From assembly GCA_038087875.1 (NCBI GenBank), contig CM075992.1, positions 9,240,001 to 9,304,000 of the forward strand: a DNA stretch of 64,000 bases. The letters run 5' to 3'. Both the position numbers and the translations under genes were made by a program. The stretch is from Malacoraja senta (Eukaryota). Positions 51,108 through 62,592 of the stretch are shown here, in pieces. Under the pieces are notes generated by a model that saw only the letters and a program-made list of their open reading frames with translations, searched no databases and was not told the origin of the DNA. Position 1 is the stretch's first letter. Each line of letters starts with the position of its first letter.

Positions 51108-54100
51108 TGTAGAGCCGTGCATGTTCCTTTAACATAATGACCTCACTACTACTAACCACTCCCCATTAGCTTCAGTATAAATGTAACCTTCCCACCCCTA
51201 GCTCGCTCTCTAGCTCCGGTAATGGACCACGAACAGCTAGGGCAATATGTGTGTATACGAATGCAATGAATGATGAATAAACAGAGTGAAGACACCCTGT
51301 GTTTGGACAGTCTTTACATGGTGTCAGAAGTGGGATGACCTTCTCTGCGAAGGTAGATACGGGGGCGTTTACGAATATTATGTCGTTAAGTCTTTTTCAA
51401 CAGATAAGAGCTGGTGAGAACATTACCGCTGATCACTCCCGCCTCCGTGCATATGGGGGGAGCATGCTATTCCCAGTCGGCAAGGCCACCCTTATCTGCT
51501 CAGTTCTGAAGGTCTCTCGGCCCCTCTCTTTCCTCCTGCTGGAATCTGAGAATGTTACTCTGTTGGGCGCCCGTGCGTGCCAGGACCTCGGTTTGGTGTC
51601 CTTCCGCCACGACATCCACCCGGTGCAGACCCCCATGGATCCCATGTGCGAGTACCCCGACCGTTTTGACGAAGTATTGGGCAAACTACCCTGCAAGTAC
51701 GAAATCGAGGTGGACCCGGAGGTCCATCCGGTAGTCCGCCCTCCTCACCGCGTCTCCTTTGCTATGAAGGACAAGGTGGAGTCCACTCTACGCCAGATGG
51801 TGGCCATGGGCATCATCAAGGAAGTGAGCGATGCCACCCGGTGGGTCTCCACCATGGTCGTTGCTGCTAAGAAGGACAAGAGTGAGATTCGGATCTGTAT
51901 CAACCCCAAGGACCTAAACCTTGCCATCAAGCGCCCGCACTACCCCATGCGAACGGTGGAGGATGTCGCTGCAAAGGTTGGCCCGGCCACTGTATTCTCT
52001 GTCCTCGATGCCAAGACCTCTTTCTGGCAGATTCCGCTGGATGAACGTTCATCTTTACTGACCACGTTTGGTACACCTTTCGGCAGGTTCCGTTTCCTCC
52101 GCATGCCTTTCGGGATCAATTCTGCCAGCGAGGTTTTCCAGCGCACCATGGAACAGCTATTTGCAGGTCTGCCGTGTGCTATCATCGTTGATGACATTTT
52201 GGTGTACGGGAGGGACGTCGCTGAGCACGACCTCCACCTCCGTCTGGTCCTGGATCGGGCTCGGGAAATCAACCTCAAACTGAACCCCAAGAAGTGCCGT
52301 TTCCGCGTCCCGGAGGTCACCTACGTGGGCCACGTTTTTACGGCCGAGGGTCTGAAACCAGACCCACAGAAGACAGCTGCGGTCTCAGAGATGCCAGCTC
52401 CGGTCAACGTGCCAAGCCTGCAACGCTTCTTGGGCATGATGAACTATCTGGGGAAATTTATTCCCGACCTCAGCGAGCTGAGTGCGCCCCTGAGGGAACT
52501 GACCAAGGTGGACACTGCCTGGGTTTGGTACCCGCTGCATCAGGCAGCCTTCGATGACTTGAAATCCCGGCTGGTTCGCGCCCCCACTCTGAAATTCTTC
52601 GACTTAAAGCGCCCTATCGTCATTACCTGCGATGCATCAAGTTTCGGTCTCGGTGCCGCCTGCCTGCAGATCCACGACCGCCTGCAGCTACCTGTCTCCT
52701 ACGCCTCCCGCACCATGACCCCAACCGAGCAACGCTACGCTCAGATCGAGAAAGAGCTCCTTGCCGTGGTGTTTGCCTGCTCGAAGTTCAGGGACTACAT
52801 TATAGGTAACACCTTCACTATCGAAACCGACCACCAGCCGCTGGTCACGATCTTAAACAAACCGATCCACGTTGCCTTTTCCCGTTTGCAGCGTATGATG
52901 CTGCAACTCCAACGCTTCACGTTTCAAATCGTGTACCGCAAGGGCAAGGACATGTTTGTGGCAGACACGCTGTCCCGCGCACCGCTGGCTTCTACAGCCC
53001 ACCACCCGTACGAGTCATCCGACCTGATGGTGCTAAACGTCAACTTCATGCCCTCCCAGCAAATGCAGTCCCTGATTCACCACACCGCCAATGATCCTGC
53101 CCTGCAACAGCTTATAGACGTCATCCGTCGCGGCTGGCCTGACCGTCGCTCACCCTTGCCGGCTGGTGCTGCGCCCTACTTCCTAGTCCGGGACGAACTT
53201 GTGCTGCAGGACGGCGTGGTGGTGAAGGGCCACAAGGTTGTGGTGCCTGCCGCCCTGCGGGACCACTATTTCCAAACTGCCCACAACGGCCATCCCGGAG
53301 CCGATGCCACCCTGTCCCAGGCCCAGAGCCAATTTTATTGGCCCAGCATGGCACAGGACATCCGGGAGAGGGTCTCTGCCTGCTCCACCTGCAATACCCT
53401 CTCTCCCCACCAGCAACGCCAGCCACTCCTGCAACAGCCTGCCCCCGCCCTGGCGTGGATGGCGGTCGCTACGGACATATTTGAGTGGCGTGGCAAACAT
53501 TTCCTGGTCCTGGTCGACTCTTACTCCAGCTGGTTCGAGATTAAGCGTCTGCACTCCCTCACTTCTGCTGCCGGTCAACGAGCCCGCTCCGCCTCCCGCA
53601 GCCCCTTTTGCTCCCCCGGTTGCCGCCTCGTTGCCTCCCGCTCCTCTGCCCTCGCGACCCTTGGCGCCCCGTTCTCCCGCTGCTCCTCCTGGCCCCCCCC
53701 CATCAGCCATCTCCCGCTCGCGTGCCCGTTGCGGTGCCCTTGTCTCCTCCCCGGTCTCCTCGTTCTCCCCCTCCTGCTCACTCCCCTTTCGCTTCACCTA
53801 TCGCCGCTCCTGCCCCGGTGCCCACTCTACCTTCGAAGGGGGGGGGAGGCGGGCTGCATACCCGCTACGGGCGTCTGGTCAAGCCGCCTGAACGTTACGG
53901 GGAGTTTGCTTGAATGTTTAAAGTTTTTCCTGACGATGTACGCGCGGGTTTGTGCCTAGCGTATGAGTCGTGGTCTCACTGCCATTATAGCTATGTTTCC
54001 CTTTTCAAGGGGAAGGATGTAGAGCCGTGCATGTTCCTTTAACATAATGACCTCACTACTACTAACCACTCCCCATTAGCTTCAGTATAAATGTAACCTT

Positions 54101-54228
54101 CCCACCCCTAGCTCGCTCTCTAGCTCCGGTAATGGACCACAAACAGCTAGGGCAATATGTGTGTATACGAATGCAATGAATGATGAATAAACAGAGTGAA
54201 GACACCCTGTGTTTGGACAGTCTTTACA
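51108..54228 (+). mobile_element. Gypsy/Ty3 LTR retrotransposon lacking gag and most of the integrase core
   Basis: 211-bp TG..CA LTRs at 51108-51318 and 54018-54228 with one mismatch. TSD GATGA. PBS TGGTGTCAGAAGTGGGAT (tRNA-Leu type) at 51319-51336. PPT AAGGGGAAGGA at 54007-54017. Confidence 0.97.
51335..53959 (+). CDS. Gypsy Pol: protease-RT-RNase H-integrase Zn finger, open frame, then out-of-frame tail
   Basis: Motifs VDTGA, LDAKTSFWQI, RMPFG, IVDD, CDAS, EKELLA, TDH, ADTLSR, HNGH...CSTC and VDSYS. ATG at 51335 overlaps the PBS. Confidence 0.9.
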   Translation: MTFSAKVDTGAFTNIMSLSLFQQIRAGENITADHSRLRAYGGSMLFPVGKATLICSVLKVSRPLSFLLLESENVTLLGARACQDLGLVSFRHDIHPVQTPMDPMCEYPDRFDEVLGKLPCKYEIEVDPEVHPVVRPPHRVSFAMKDKVESTLRQMVAMGIIKEVSDATRWVSTMVVAAKKDKSEIRICINPKDLNLAIKRPHYPMRTVEDVAAKVGPATVFSVLDAKTSFWQIPLDERSSLLTTFGTPFGRFRFLRMPFGINSASEVFQRTMEQLFAGLPCAIIVDDILVYGRDVAEHDLHLRLVLDRAREINLKLNPKKCRFRVPEVTYVGHVFTAEGLKPDPQKTAAVSEMPAPVNVPSLQRFLGMMNYLGKFIPDLSELSAPLRELTKVDTAWVWYPLHQAAFDDLKSRLVRAPTLKFFDLKRPIVITCDASSFGLGAACLQIHDRLQLPVSYASRTMTPTEQRYAQIEKELLAVVFACSKFRDYIIGNTFTIETDHQPLVTILNKPIHVAFSRLQRMMLQLQRFTFQIVYRKGKDMFVADTLSRAPLASTAHHPYESSDLMVLNVNFMPSQQMQSLIHHTANDPALQQLIDVIRRGWPDRRSPLPAGAAPYFLVRDELVLQDGVVVKGHKVVVPAALRDHYFQTAHNGHPGADATLSQAQSQFYWPSMAQDIRERVSACSTCNTLSPHQQRQPLLQQPAPALAWMAVATDIFEWRGKHFLVLVDSYSSWFEIKRLHSLTSAAGQRARSASRSPFCSPGCRLVASRSSALATLGAPFSRCSSWPPPISHLPLACPLRCPCLLPGLLVLPLLLTPLSLHLSPLLPRCPLYLRRGGEAGCIPATGVWSSRLNVTGSLLECLKFFLTMYARVCA

Positions 54229-55454
54229 GATGACCTGAAATTAAAGCATATAATTAGTTAGTTACCCAATTGTAGCTAATTACAAGATTCAATTAGTAGA
54301 TCTAAATATCTATCCATTTCTTAAGAAAAAGTTAACATTTTTAAAAAGCCTAAGTGTCCAAATAACATTCACACAAGAATTCACAATATAACATTATTTT
54401 TAAATCTCATTGTCATTAATTTATAGGCCAAATGGAAGGAATTTAGTGTTTAATTCCTGTAAAATAAATGGCCATTTAAATCATCTTGCGAGTGGGATTT
54501 TGTGGAACGCGCTGGTTTGGAACGCTGCGGTTGCACTGAATTAAACCCCAATATCGTCAGGAAAAATACTGCCGGTTGGTATATTTAAATAATCACATTT
54601 TCGCAACTTGAAATTTTTATTAAAGGCATCCTAAGAAGCAAGTTTATATGAAAAAATAAACGGTGTACCTTGCCTTGTCCCGTGCGTGAAATCCGTCCCG
54701 TTGTCGGCATTTGAAGATGATTTTAATTTTACTCCAACAATTAAATTATAAAGCGCTAATTTTAATAAACTTAATAAAACGGCAGTCAAAGCGATTTTTC
54801 TTAATCAACTATTTAGCCTGTTCAAGATCGTTTAGAACAGGCTGCCGAAATATTGCATTTTAAACTCGCCAAAGTCGCGCACACGGGCAGTGACAGAACT
54901 GCAGCGCCGCTGAAGGTAAGTTTTGTAACATACCTACTGTATCATTGTTACTTTTCTGCATATCTTTCATTCATTTGTTCCATATATCTCTACATCACCG
55001 TCTATATCACTCACCGAGTCCGTGCCGACCAGCGATCACCCCATCCACTAGCACTATCCTACACACAAGGGACAATTTACAATTTTTACCGAAGCCAAGT
55101 AACCTACAAAGTACCTCTTTGTAGCACCCTGGGAAATCCCACACGGTCACAGGGAGAACGTACAAACTCTGTACAGACAGCACCCGTAGACAAGATGGAA
55201 CCCAGGTCTCTGGCGCTGTGAGGCAGCAGCTCTACCGCTGCGCCACCGTGCTGCCCTAGAATTGTGCTGAATTTACAGTGAGGAACATTAATACTGTAAC
55301 ACCCTAAGTAGAAGGACAGGAACATTTTCAACCAGATTTTCATCCAGATTACTGCTGCAATTTGCACACACAAGAGGACTTGTCTGTGAAGAGCAGCCAC
55401 TTTTTTGTGGGATTGGAACTTTTACCAGTTGTCACCGGACAAGAATCATCTCAC

Positions 55455-55554
55455 CTGTTGGGCCAGTTTGTACAGCATCCGTGCACTGACTGCCGTAGTG
55501 TGTGTTCGCAGAAGATTCTTTTGCGCTTCTTCAATCTTCCAGTCGTATTTGTAC
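55455..55554 (-). CDS. FARSA: FARSA coding exon (100 bp)
   Basis: Reads [33 protein letters not shown] (LLRTHTT motif). AG acceptor and GTGAGA donor. Confidence 0.96.
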
Positions 55555-56615
55555 CTGAATGCACACACAAGCACTGAACATTACCAAAGCACGTGGATAC
55601 AAAGAGTGCAATGTTGCATGTGGCAATTTCCCCAAATCTGAACTTTTGCAAAGAATCAAGTCATTCACAATACTCTTTTCATTTCCCAACTTCTCTCATC
55701 AATAACTTCCTCAGATGATCCAAATATCATCTAAACCAGAGGCCTCTTTAAGCTGCATTCACCAGCAGTGCTAGACATCCAACTGCTGAGATTCTATAAC
55801 ATGCACATTCTAGGGAATACACTCCAGCAAAATCTAAAATTAAAGTTGCACTTTTCTTTTCCGCCCAAACTTCGGGAGCATGTGACGAATAAAATTGACT
55901 TTGACTTTGAGATACTCAAGTTTGTTTTAAATCTGAGACAAACACCAGAAATGCTGCTGGTTCCAGAGAGGGTCCAGAGGAATGTTTACGAGAATGATCC
56001 CAGGAATGATTAGGTTAACATATGATGAGCGTTTGACGACACTGGGCCTGTATTCGCTGGAGTTCAGAAGGATGAGGAAATTTACCGAATAGTGAAAAGC
56101 CTGGATAGAGTGAATGTGGCGAGGATGTTTCCATTCTTGGGAGAGTCGCGGACCAAAGGCCATAGCCTCAGACTAAAAGGACGTACCTTTAGAAAGGAGA
56201 TGAGGACAAATTTCTTCAGAAAGTGGTGAATCTGAGGAAATCATTGCCACAGATGGTTGTGGAGGCTGTCAATTGATATTTTTAAGGCAGAGATTGACAG
56301 ATTCTCAATTAGTAATGGTGTCAGGGGTTATGGGGCGAAGGTAGGAGAATAGGGTTGAGAGGGAAAGATAGATCACCCATGATTGAAAGGGGCAGTAGAC
56401 TTGATGGTGGTCTAGTTCCCCTCCAAGAACTTATGAATGCCCAATGCTCCATATCTATCTGTGAGGAAAAACTGGCTCTCGTTGCTTAGTTCCCTCAAAC
56501 ATAAAACAACATTCTCCACCGATGCTCTATGAACAACTATTTTTTTCACAATCTCCCACATCACATGCTCTTGAACTTAATCAATGTTCATAAGCACGTT
56601 ATCGGAGCCGAATAA

Positions 56616-56914
56616 AGGCCCTGTCCCACTTTCCCGAGTTACTCACGAATTCTCCCGAGTTTTCCCCTTGATTCAAACTCGGAGATGCCAGCCGTGGGTA
56701 CTCGGGGCTATTTCTTTTACTCATGGACATTTTTCAACATGCTGAAAAAAACGTCCCGACTTACCTGATGCCCCGAGTACCTACGGCTGGCATTACGAGC
56801 CGCTACAAAATATCTACAGACTCCTACGGCCTCGCTACAGACATTCTCCGAGTTTGAATCAAGGGGAAAACTCAGGAGAATTCATGAGTAACTCGGGAAA
56901 GTGGGACAGGGCCT
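56616..56914. mobile_element. Harbinger-like MITE inserted in a CR1 tail
   Basis: AGGCCCTGTCCCACTTTCCCGAG...CTCGGGAAAGTGGGACAGGGCCT with TWA flanks. An empty-site-like GAATTAGGCC occurs in the related CR1 tail at ~57723. Confidence 0.85.
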
Positions 56915-57481
56915 TTAGGCTACTCAGCCCATCAAGTCAATAAAGGCTGATCTATCTTTCTCCCTCTCAACCCCATTCTCCTGCCTTCTCCCCATACCCC
57001 CTGACACCCGTACTAATCAAGAATCTGTCAATTGCGCTTTAAAAATACTCAATAATGGCATCCACAGCCGTCTGTGGCAAAGAATTCTACAGATTCACCA
57101 CCGTCTGACTAAAGAAATTCCTCCTCATCTGCTTTCTAAAAGTACGTCCTTTTCTTCCGAGGCTGTGGCCTTTGGTCCTAGACTCCCCCACTAGTGGAAA
57201 GATCCCCTCATCGGTAAGTTTCAATGTTGCAATAGAGGAAACGCCGCAACCCACGCAACAAACCACAAACAGAAAAAAGGTAAAGATCAGATATTCTCAG
57301 CTCCCTGTCGTTAGTCGATAATGTCAAAACCCCTCATATTATTGCTCCATATTTTAAGTGACGGCTTGCCGTTATGTTAACTACACATGAATAATATTAC
57401 CTGCTCAATAATTTGAGAAGTCCAAGACATGCAACAATGAAGACACAGAAAACATGCAGTATCACAAGGAATTAGACTCAC

Positions 57482-57566
57482 CCTTGGGATCCATATCCTC
57501 CCTCCGAGTGGACCATTTTTACTCTTTCAAGATAATCCATTGGAAATTCGGTAGCAACCGCCGGGT
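57482..57566 (-). CDS. FARSA: FARSA coding exon (85 bp)
   Basis: Reads [29 protein letters not shown]. Polypyrimidine tract plus AG acceptor; GTGAGT donor. Confidence 0.96.
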
Positions 57567-59568
57567 CTGGGAGAAAGGAACAGGAAAAGAAAAACAGAAC
57601 ATTCGCGGGCAATCCTTCAAAAAGAAAATTTGTCATTATTGTTCTCACTAAAAAATCATGGGGGAAACAATGTGATGATTCCTGTCTTAATGCAGTAATT
57701 ATCATTCCACTCAATCACAGCAGAATTAGGCCAATCAGCCCATCAAGTCTACTCCGCCATTCAATAAAGGCTGATCTATTTTTCTCCCTCTCAGCCCTAT
57801 TCTCCTGCCTTCTCCCCATACCCCCTGACACCCGTACTAATCAAGAATCTGTCAACTGCGCTTTAAAAATACTCAATAATGGCCTGTGGCATAGAATTCC
57901 AGCGCACTCGAGTCAAGTTATTGTATTTGAAGACTTTAAAAAGATCTGTGCTTCGCATATGATTACATGTCTGACAGTTTACAACTTATTCTACACGGAT
58001 TGACCTTGGCATGCAGACTGCTAAATAAGCATGGAGCCATTTTCTCATCACAAGTTGAACCAAATCTACTTGTCGGTCGAAGGAATGTTGGTACACAAAA
58101 CGCAAAAATCTAGGGTTACAGACAAGTTTGAAACTGCACACTATCAGACTCGATAACAGCTTCTTCCCCTCCGCTATCAGGCTTCTCAATGGTCCTACCA
58201 TAACCGAGTGTACTGTCTAATTCACCTCTATCCCAGTGAGAGCAGAGTCACACAGCATGGAAAATAGCCCACGCCGACAAGATGCCTCATCTACACGTCC
58301 CACCTGCTGTGTTTGGCCAGCGCATCTGACCTCCATTGTTCAATGTAATACCGAGGCCCGGGGTGGAAATCTGTTGTGCTGAGCTGAGAGGCCATAAGCA
58401 CTTTAAAGCTGATCGTTTGGTTATAGGCAAGCTGCTGCAATCCACTTCATTTGAATGGGGTAGCTGACCTGCAAGCTAAGTGAAGGCCAAGTGCCAGTGC
58501 TTTATGAAACACAACTAAAACCTTTTTCACACAAAGGGTGGTGGGTGTATGGAACAAGCTGCCACAGGAGGTTTGAGGCTGGGACTACCCAACATTTAAG
58601 AAGCAGTTAGACAGGACAGGTTTGGAGAGATATGGACCAAACATGGGGAGCTGGAACATGTTGGGCCGAAGGGCCTGTTTCCACACTGTATCACTCTATG
58701 ACAAAGGTGGGGGCATGGTGGTTCTGCGGAAGAATTGCTGCCTTGCAGAGCCAGAGACCCGGGTTTGATCCTGACTACGGGTGCTGTCTGTACGGAGTTT
58801 GCACGTTCCCCCCATGAGTTTTCCCCAGGTGCTCCGGTTTCCTCCCATATTCCAAAGATAGACAGGTTTGTAGGTTAATTAGCTTCGGTAAAGATAGTAA
58901 ATTGTCCCTAGAGTGTAAGATGGTGCTCATGTACGGGGATCGCTGGTCGGCGCGACTTGGGGGACCTAAGAGCATGTTTCCGTGCTGCATCTCTACACTA
59001 CACTAAACAAAGTGCTGGAGTAACTCACTGTATCAGGCAGCATCTCTGGAGGACATGGATAGGCAACATTTTGGGTTAAGGCCCCCTTCAGACCTTTCCT
59101 GCTTTGTTTTATGTTCTAAATTCTAATTGATATTAATAAGTTGAATTCACTTACATCAGCTAAATTTTTATACATATTTTAATATTTGTTTAATTTTATT
59201 TCACCTGCTTTTAATCTGACAGCATAATCCATCAATGGACCCTCATGGAGATGAGGCTGGGGCCTGAGGGACTGCTCCTGGGCCTATTTGCTACTCATGC
59301 AGAGCTGCCAAGTTTTGCAAGAGCATTTCAGTATTCTAGTACCTGAAAATCAGTATTTTGCTGAGGAAATCAGTATTTTTACGCGGTGCCATTTTGCTGA
59401 AAAAAATGTTTTTTATGTGCGGTCATACCCATGTAAGAGTACAAGAATGCATAACTTTGCTACCAATTGACATGTGCATTCATTGCCATCTCTTTGTATA
59501 CTGCTGTTTGAATGGCTGCTTCCTGCTTTTAGCACCAGATGATGATGTAGAAGCCATTTTGGAAGCCT

Positions 59569-59688
59569 CCCTCTCCCTCCCTCGCTCTCTCCCTCCTTCC
59601 TCTCTTTATCTCCCTCCCTCCTTCCCTGCCTCTCTCCTTCCTTTTTTTCTCCCTCCCTCTCTTATTCCCTCCCTCCCTCCTTCCTCCC
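59569..59688. repeat. CT-rich low-complexity tract
   Basis: (CCCT/CCTT)n-like sequence. Confidence 0.9.
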
Positions 59689-59830
59689 AGAACAGTCTGT
59701 GACCCATAGCGCTGAGGCCATAGCGCTATGTGTAAAGCCCATAGCGCTATGTGTAAAGGCAACAGCGCTCCAGCTGGTAACGCTATAATTAGAACCCATA
59801 GCACTGTTCGTTTAAATTCACACGCGCTAA

Positions 59831-60147
59831 TAGCCCTGTCCCATGGTACGAGTTCATTCCAAGAGCTCTCCCGAGTTTTAAAAAAATCTAATTCGTGGTA
59901 AGCACGGACGGTACGTCGTAGCTCGAGGACATCTCTTAGCGGCTCGTAACGCTAACGGCAGGTACTTGGGAAGATTCGCTAACGGCAGGTAAGCACGGGA
60001 AGACACGTGAAGATTTTTCAACGTGTTGAAAATTGTCCACGAGAGCCCCGAGTACCGACGAGTGGCCATTACTATAAATCTCGGAGTTCGAAAGAGGGCA
60101 AACTCGGGAGAGCTCTTGGAATGAACTCGTACCGTGGGACAGGGGTT
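59831..60147. mobile_element. Harbinger-like MITE nested in the hAT-like element
   Basis: Near copy of 48869-49188 with CCCTGTCCCA...TGGGACAGGG termini. Confidence 0.85.
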
Positions 60148-60518
60148 TTAACCTACAGCGCTGTTTAAACCTGGAGTGGGACAGGCAGATCAAAGCATAC
60201 AAAAATAATCATCCAGATCTTGAAATTTAAAATACTAATAGATTTAATCTGCTATAATTTTTTGAGTTACAGTATGACTTTTTGTAACCTTGCATTTTTA
60301 ACCAGCAAGATGAAACAGGAAGTCGGGCCGATTTTTTAAAAAGCCGTATTTTACGAAGCAAATCCGTATATCCGTATTCTTATCGCATTTCCGTACAAAA
60401 TACGGAAAATCCGTACTACTTGGCAGCTCTGCTCATGGACTGTGCAGTTGGGTCAGGCTAGCGGGGCTCACCCACCCTGTGGGGAAGAGTGAAGCCTCTG
60501 TAATTCAAGTGTCAACAA

Positions 60519-60603
60519 GATATTGGATTGGGCTGGATGTCTCTATCGAGCTGGCCACTCGATGTGGCCAGCTCGATAGAGACATCCAGCCCAATCCAAT
60601 ATC
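60519..60603. repeat. Perfect 40-bp inverted repeat with 5-nt loop
   Basis: GATATTGGATTGGGCTGGATGTCTCTATCGAGCTGGCCAC-TCGAT-exact reverse complement. Confidence 0.95.
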
Positions 60604-61278
60604 CACTCGATGTGGCCACTCCACACACACACTTTCTGGTGAGCAACATCCATGAATAAATCAGCTCGCCGCATTGCGATATCATAGCTCCCATAAGACG
60701 AGGCTTTAAAGTGTTGTAGCATTCAATCTCCCGTCTCCACCGAATCAGCGAAAGGATTCAGTGAAAGAAGGAAGGAGGACCCGGCAGGTGGGGGGTGAGC
60801 TGAAAACGAAGGTGGGGGACCTGGCGTGGGGGCCACCAACAACGTAGGGGGGGACCCAGCGGGGAGGCGTTAAGATCGATGTGGGGATTCAGCGGGATGG
60901 CCCTTATTTCGAGGGGAGATCCGACCGGGGAGGGGTGGGGGACGGCGTGATCAAAGGTGGGATGTGGCGTGGCCCAGGGTCCCATGTAGCAGGACAAGGC
61001 GGGGGCGGGTGGGGGAATGGACCGAGGATAAGGGAGGGATTTGGAGGGGTGGGGGCCCCTGCGGCCACGTGCAGCGGCAGTCCTGGTCCGCCGCTGCGAG
61101 CAGAAGATAGGATTGTTCAATGAACTGTAACTTTGTCAGCACCAGAAACGTGGCGACTCTTGTGTACCGCCTCGGTGAGGTCTGCTGTATGATTTTAACG
61201 GGTCGTACGCAAAACAGAGCATCTCACTGTATCTAGGTACATGTGACAATAAAGTATCACTGAATCATTGATTCCTAC

Positions 61279-61394
61279 CAGACAGGAAGAAAGTGTCATG
61301 TTGATCTCGGGCAGGGTGCTGCTGAGGTTGGAAGAGCGAGTCAAAGTTCCAAAACGAACTCTCAATGAAGTTATTGGTGGGCATCTCTGTGAAA
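61279..61394 (-). CDS. FARSA: FARSA coding exon (116 bp)
   Basis: Reads [42 protein letters not shown] boundaries; phases match both neighbouring exons. Confidence 0.97.
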
Positions 61395-61589
61395 CTAGAG
61401 ATTGAAAAAAAAATTATAAGTCTCTCCATGGACAACAATAATTTTTTTTTTAAACAATATGAAATCATCAGGCGCGATATTTTAATAAACATACAGACCG
61501 TAGCTACAAAATTTGTATTTTCTAATAAACTAAGGGTATGCACTAACATAATGCAATGAATATCTGGAACAGGACGGATAAGGACACAC

Positions 61590-62050
61590 AAATCTGTCTT
61601 CATGGTGGAGAGAGTTAAAAAATTTGAATTCCTAGACGTACATATCTCTGAAGATCTATCCTGGACCCAGCACGTTGATGCAATCATAAAGAAAGCTCAT
61701 CAATTAAAGAGATTTGGTACGTCAACAAATACTTTCTCGCACAGTGGAGAGCTTACTGCCAGGCTACATCATTGCCTGATTCGGCAACTCAAACGCCCAG
61801 TTACAAAGGAGATTGCAATGTGTATTGAACATTGTCCAGCCCATCATGGGGACTGATGTCCCCACCAGCGAAGGGATCTACGAGACCCCGCTGGCTCAAA
61901 AAGACAGCCAGCATCATCAGAGATCAACACCACCCTGGCCACACTCATTTCACTCCTGCCTTCAGAAATAAGGTGCCTGAAAACTATAACGTCCAGGTTC
62001 AGGAGTAGCAACTTCCCTACAACCATCAGGCTATTAAACATTACAAGCTC
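61590..62050 (+). mobile_element. Degenerate Rex1-like LINE 3' fragment
   Basis: Reads [33 protein letters not shown]. Confidence 0.75.
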
Positions 62051-62592
62051 TGAACTAAACAGAAAATATGTGCAGGATTAGGCCATTCGGCCCTCCATTC
62101 AATATGATCACAGCTGATCATCCAAAATCAGTACTACATAGACTTGTTTACATATCTCTTGTGCTGCTACAATTAAGAATTTCATTATTCCTTTTCGGGA
62201 CATATGACAATAAAGCACTGTTGACTGATATCCCTGGGATACCAAATCACATCCAGAATTGGCTAGAAATGATTCCAATATTAAGAGAAGTAACACTGGC
62301 TGGAAAAGGCAAGTTCCTTTCTCAAGTGCTGAGCATTCTCCAGCTCTGGGGAGAAGGCAGGCATGGGTTATTGATAGGGGACGGTCAGCCATGATCACAA
62401 TGAATGGCGGTGCTGGCTCGAAGGGCCGAATGGCCTCCTCCTGCACCTATTTTCTATGTTTCTATGTTTTCTATGTTTCAACCGACATCATTACAACCGA
62501 CCATAAGCACCCACTCTTTTCGTAGTTAAATTGATCTGAATTATCAGTGAAATTATTTGGTGGCCTTGTGATGCTTTCAGCTCAAAACTTAC

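Larger units (their letters stand above)
50792..54936. mobile_element. Non-autonomous DNA transposon (hAT-like TAG...CTA ends, 7-bp TSD) hosting the Gypsy element
   Basis: Termini are TAGCAATGTTACAAAA and TTTTGTAACATACCTA. CTGTATC at 50785-50791 and 54937-54943. The flanks rejoin as a Penelope 3' fragment. Confidence 0.75.
59300..60431. mobile_element. hAT-like non-autonomous element with 6-bp TSD
   Basis: TIRs CAGAGCTGCCAAG and CTTGGCAGCTCTG. CTCATG on both sides. Subterminal CCGTA/CAGTATTTT repeats. Confidence 0.8.

Noticed and set aside
53121..53913. Several overlapping GC-rich ORFs on both strands
   Set aside because: Alternative frames of Gypsy pol in stop-poor sequence. Only the short TRYGRLVKPPERY tail is plausibly genuine.
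60760..61265. GC-rich stretch as a CpG-island promoter or gene
   Set aside because: Shares its 3' end (TCACTGT...CATGTGAC.ATAAAGTAT) with 20165-20490, so it is a dispersed repeat family that I could not classify further.
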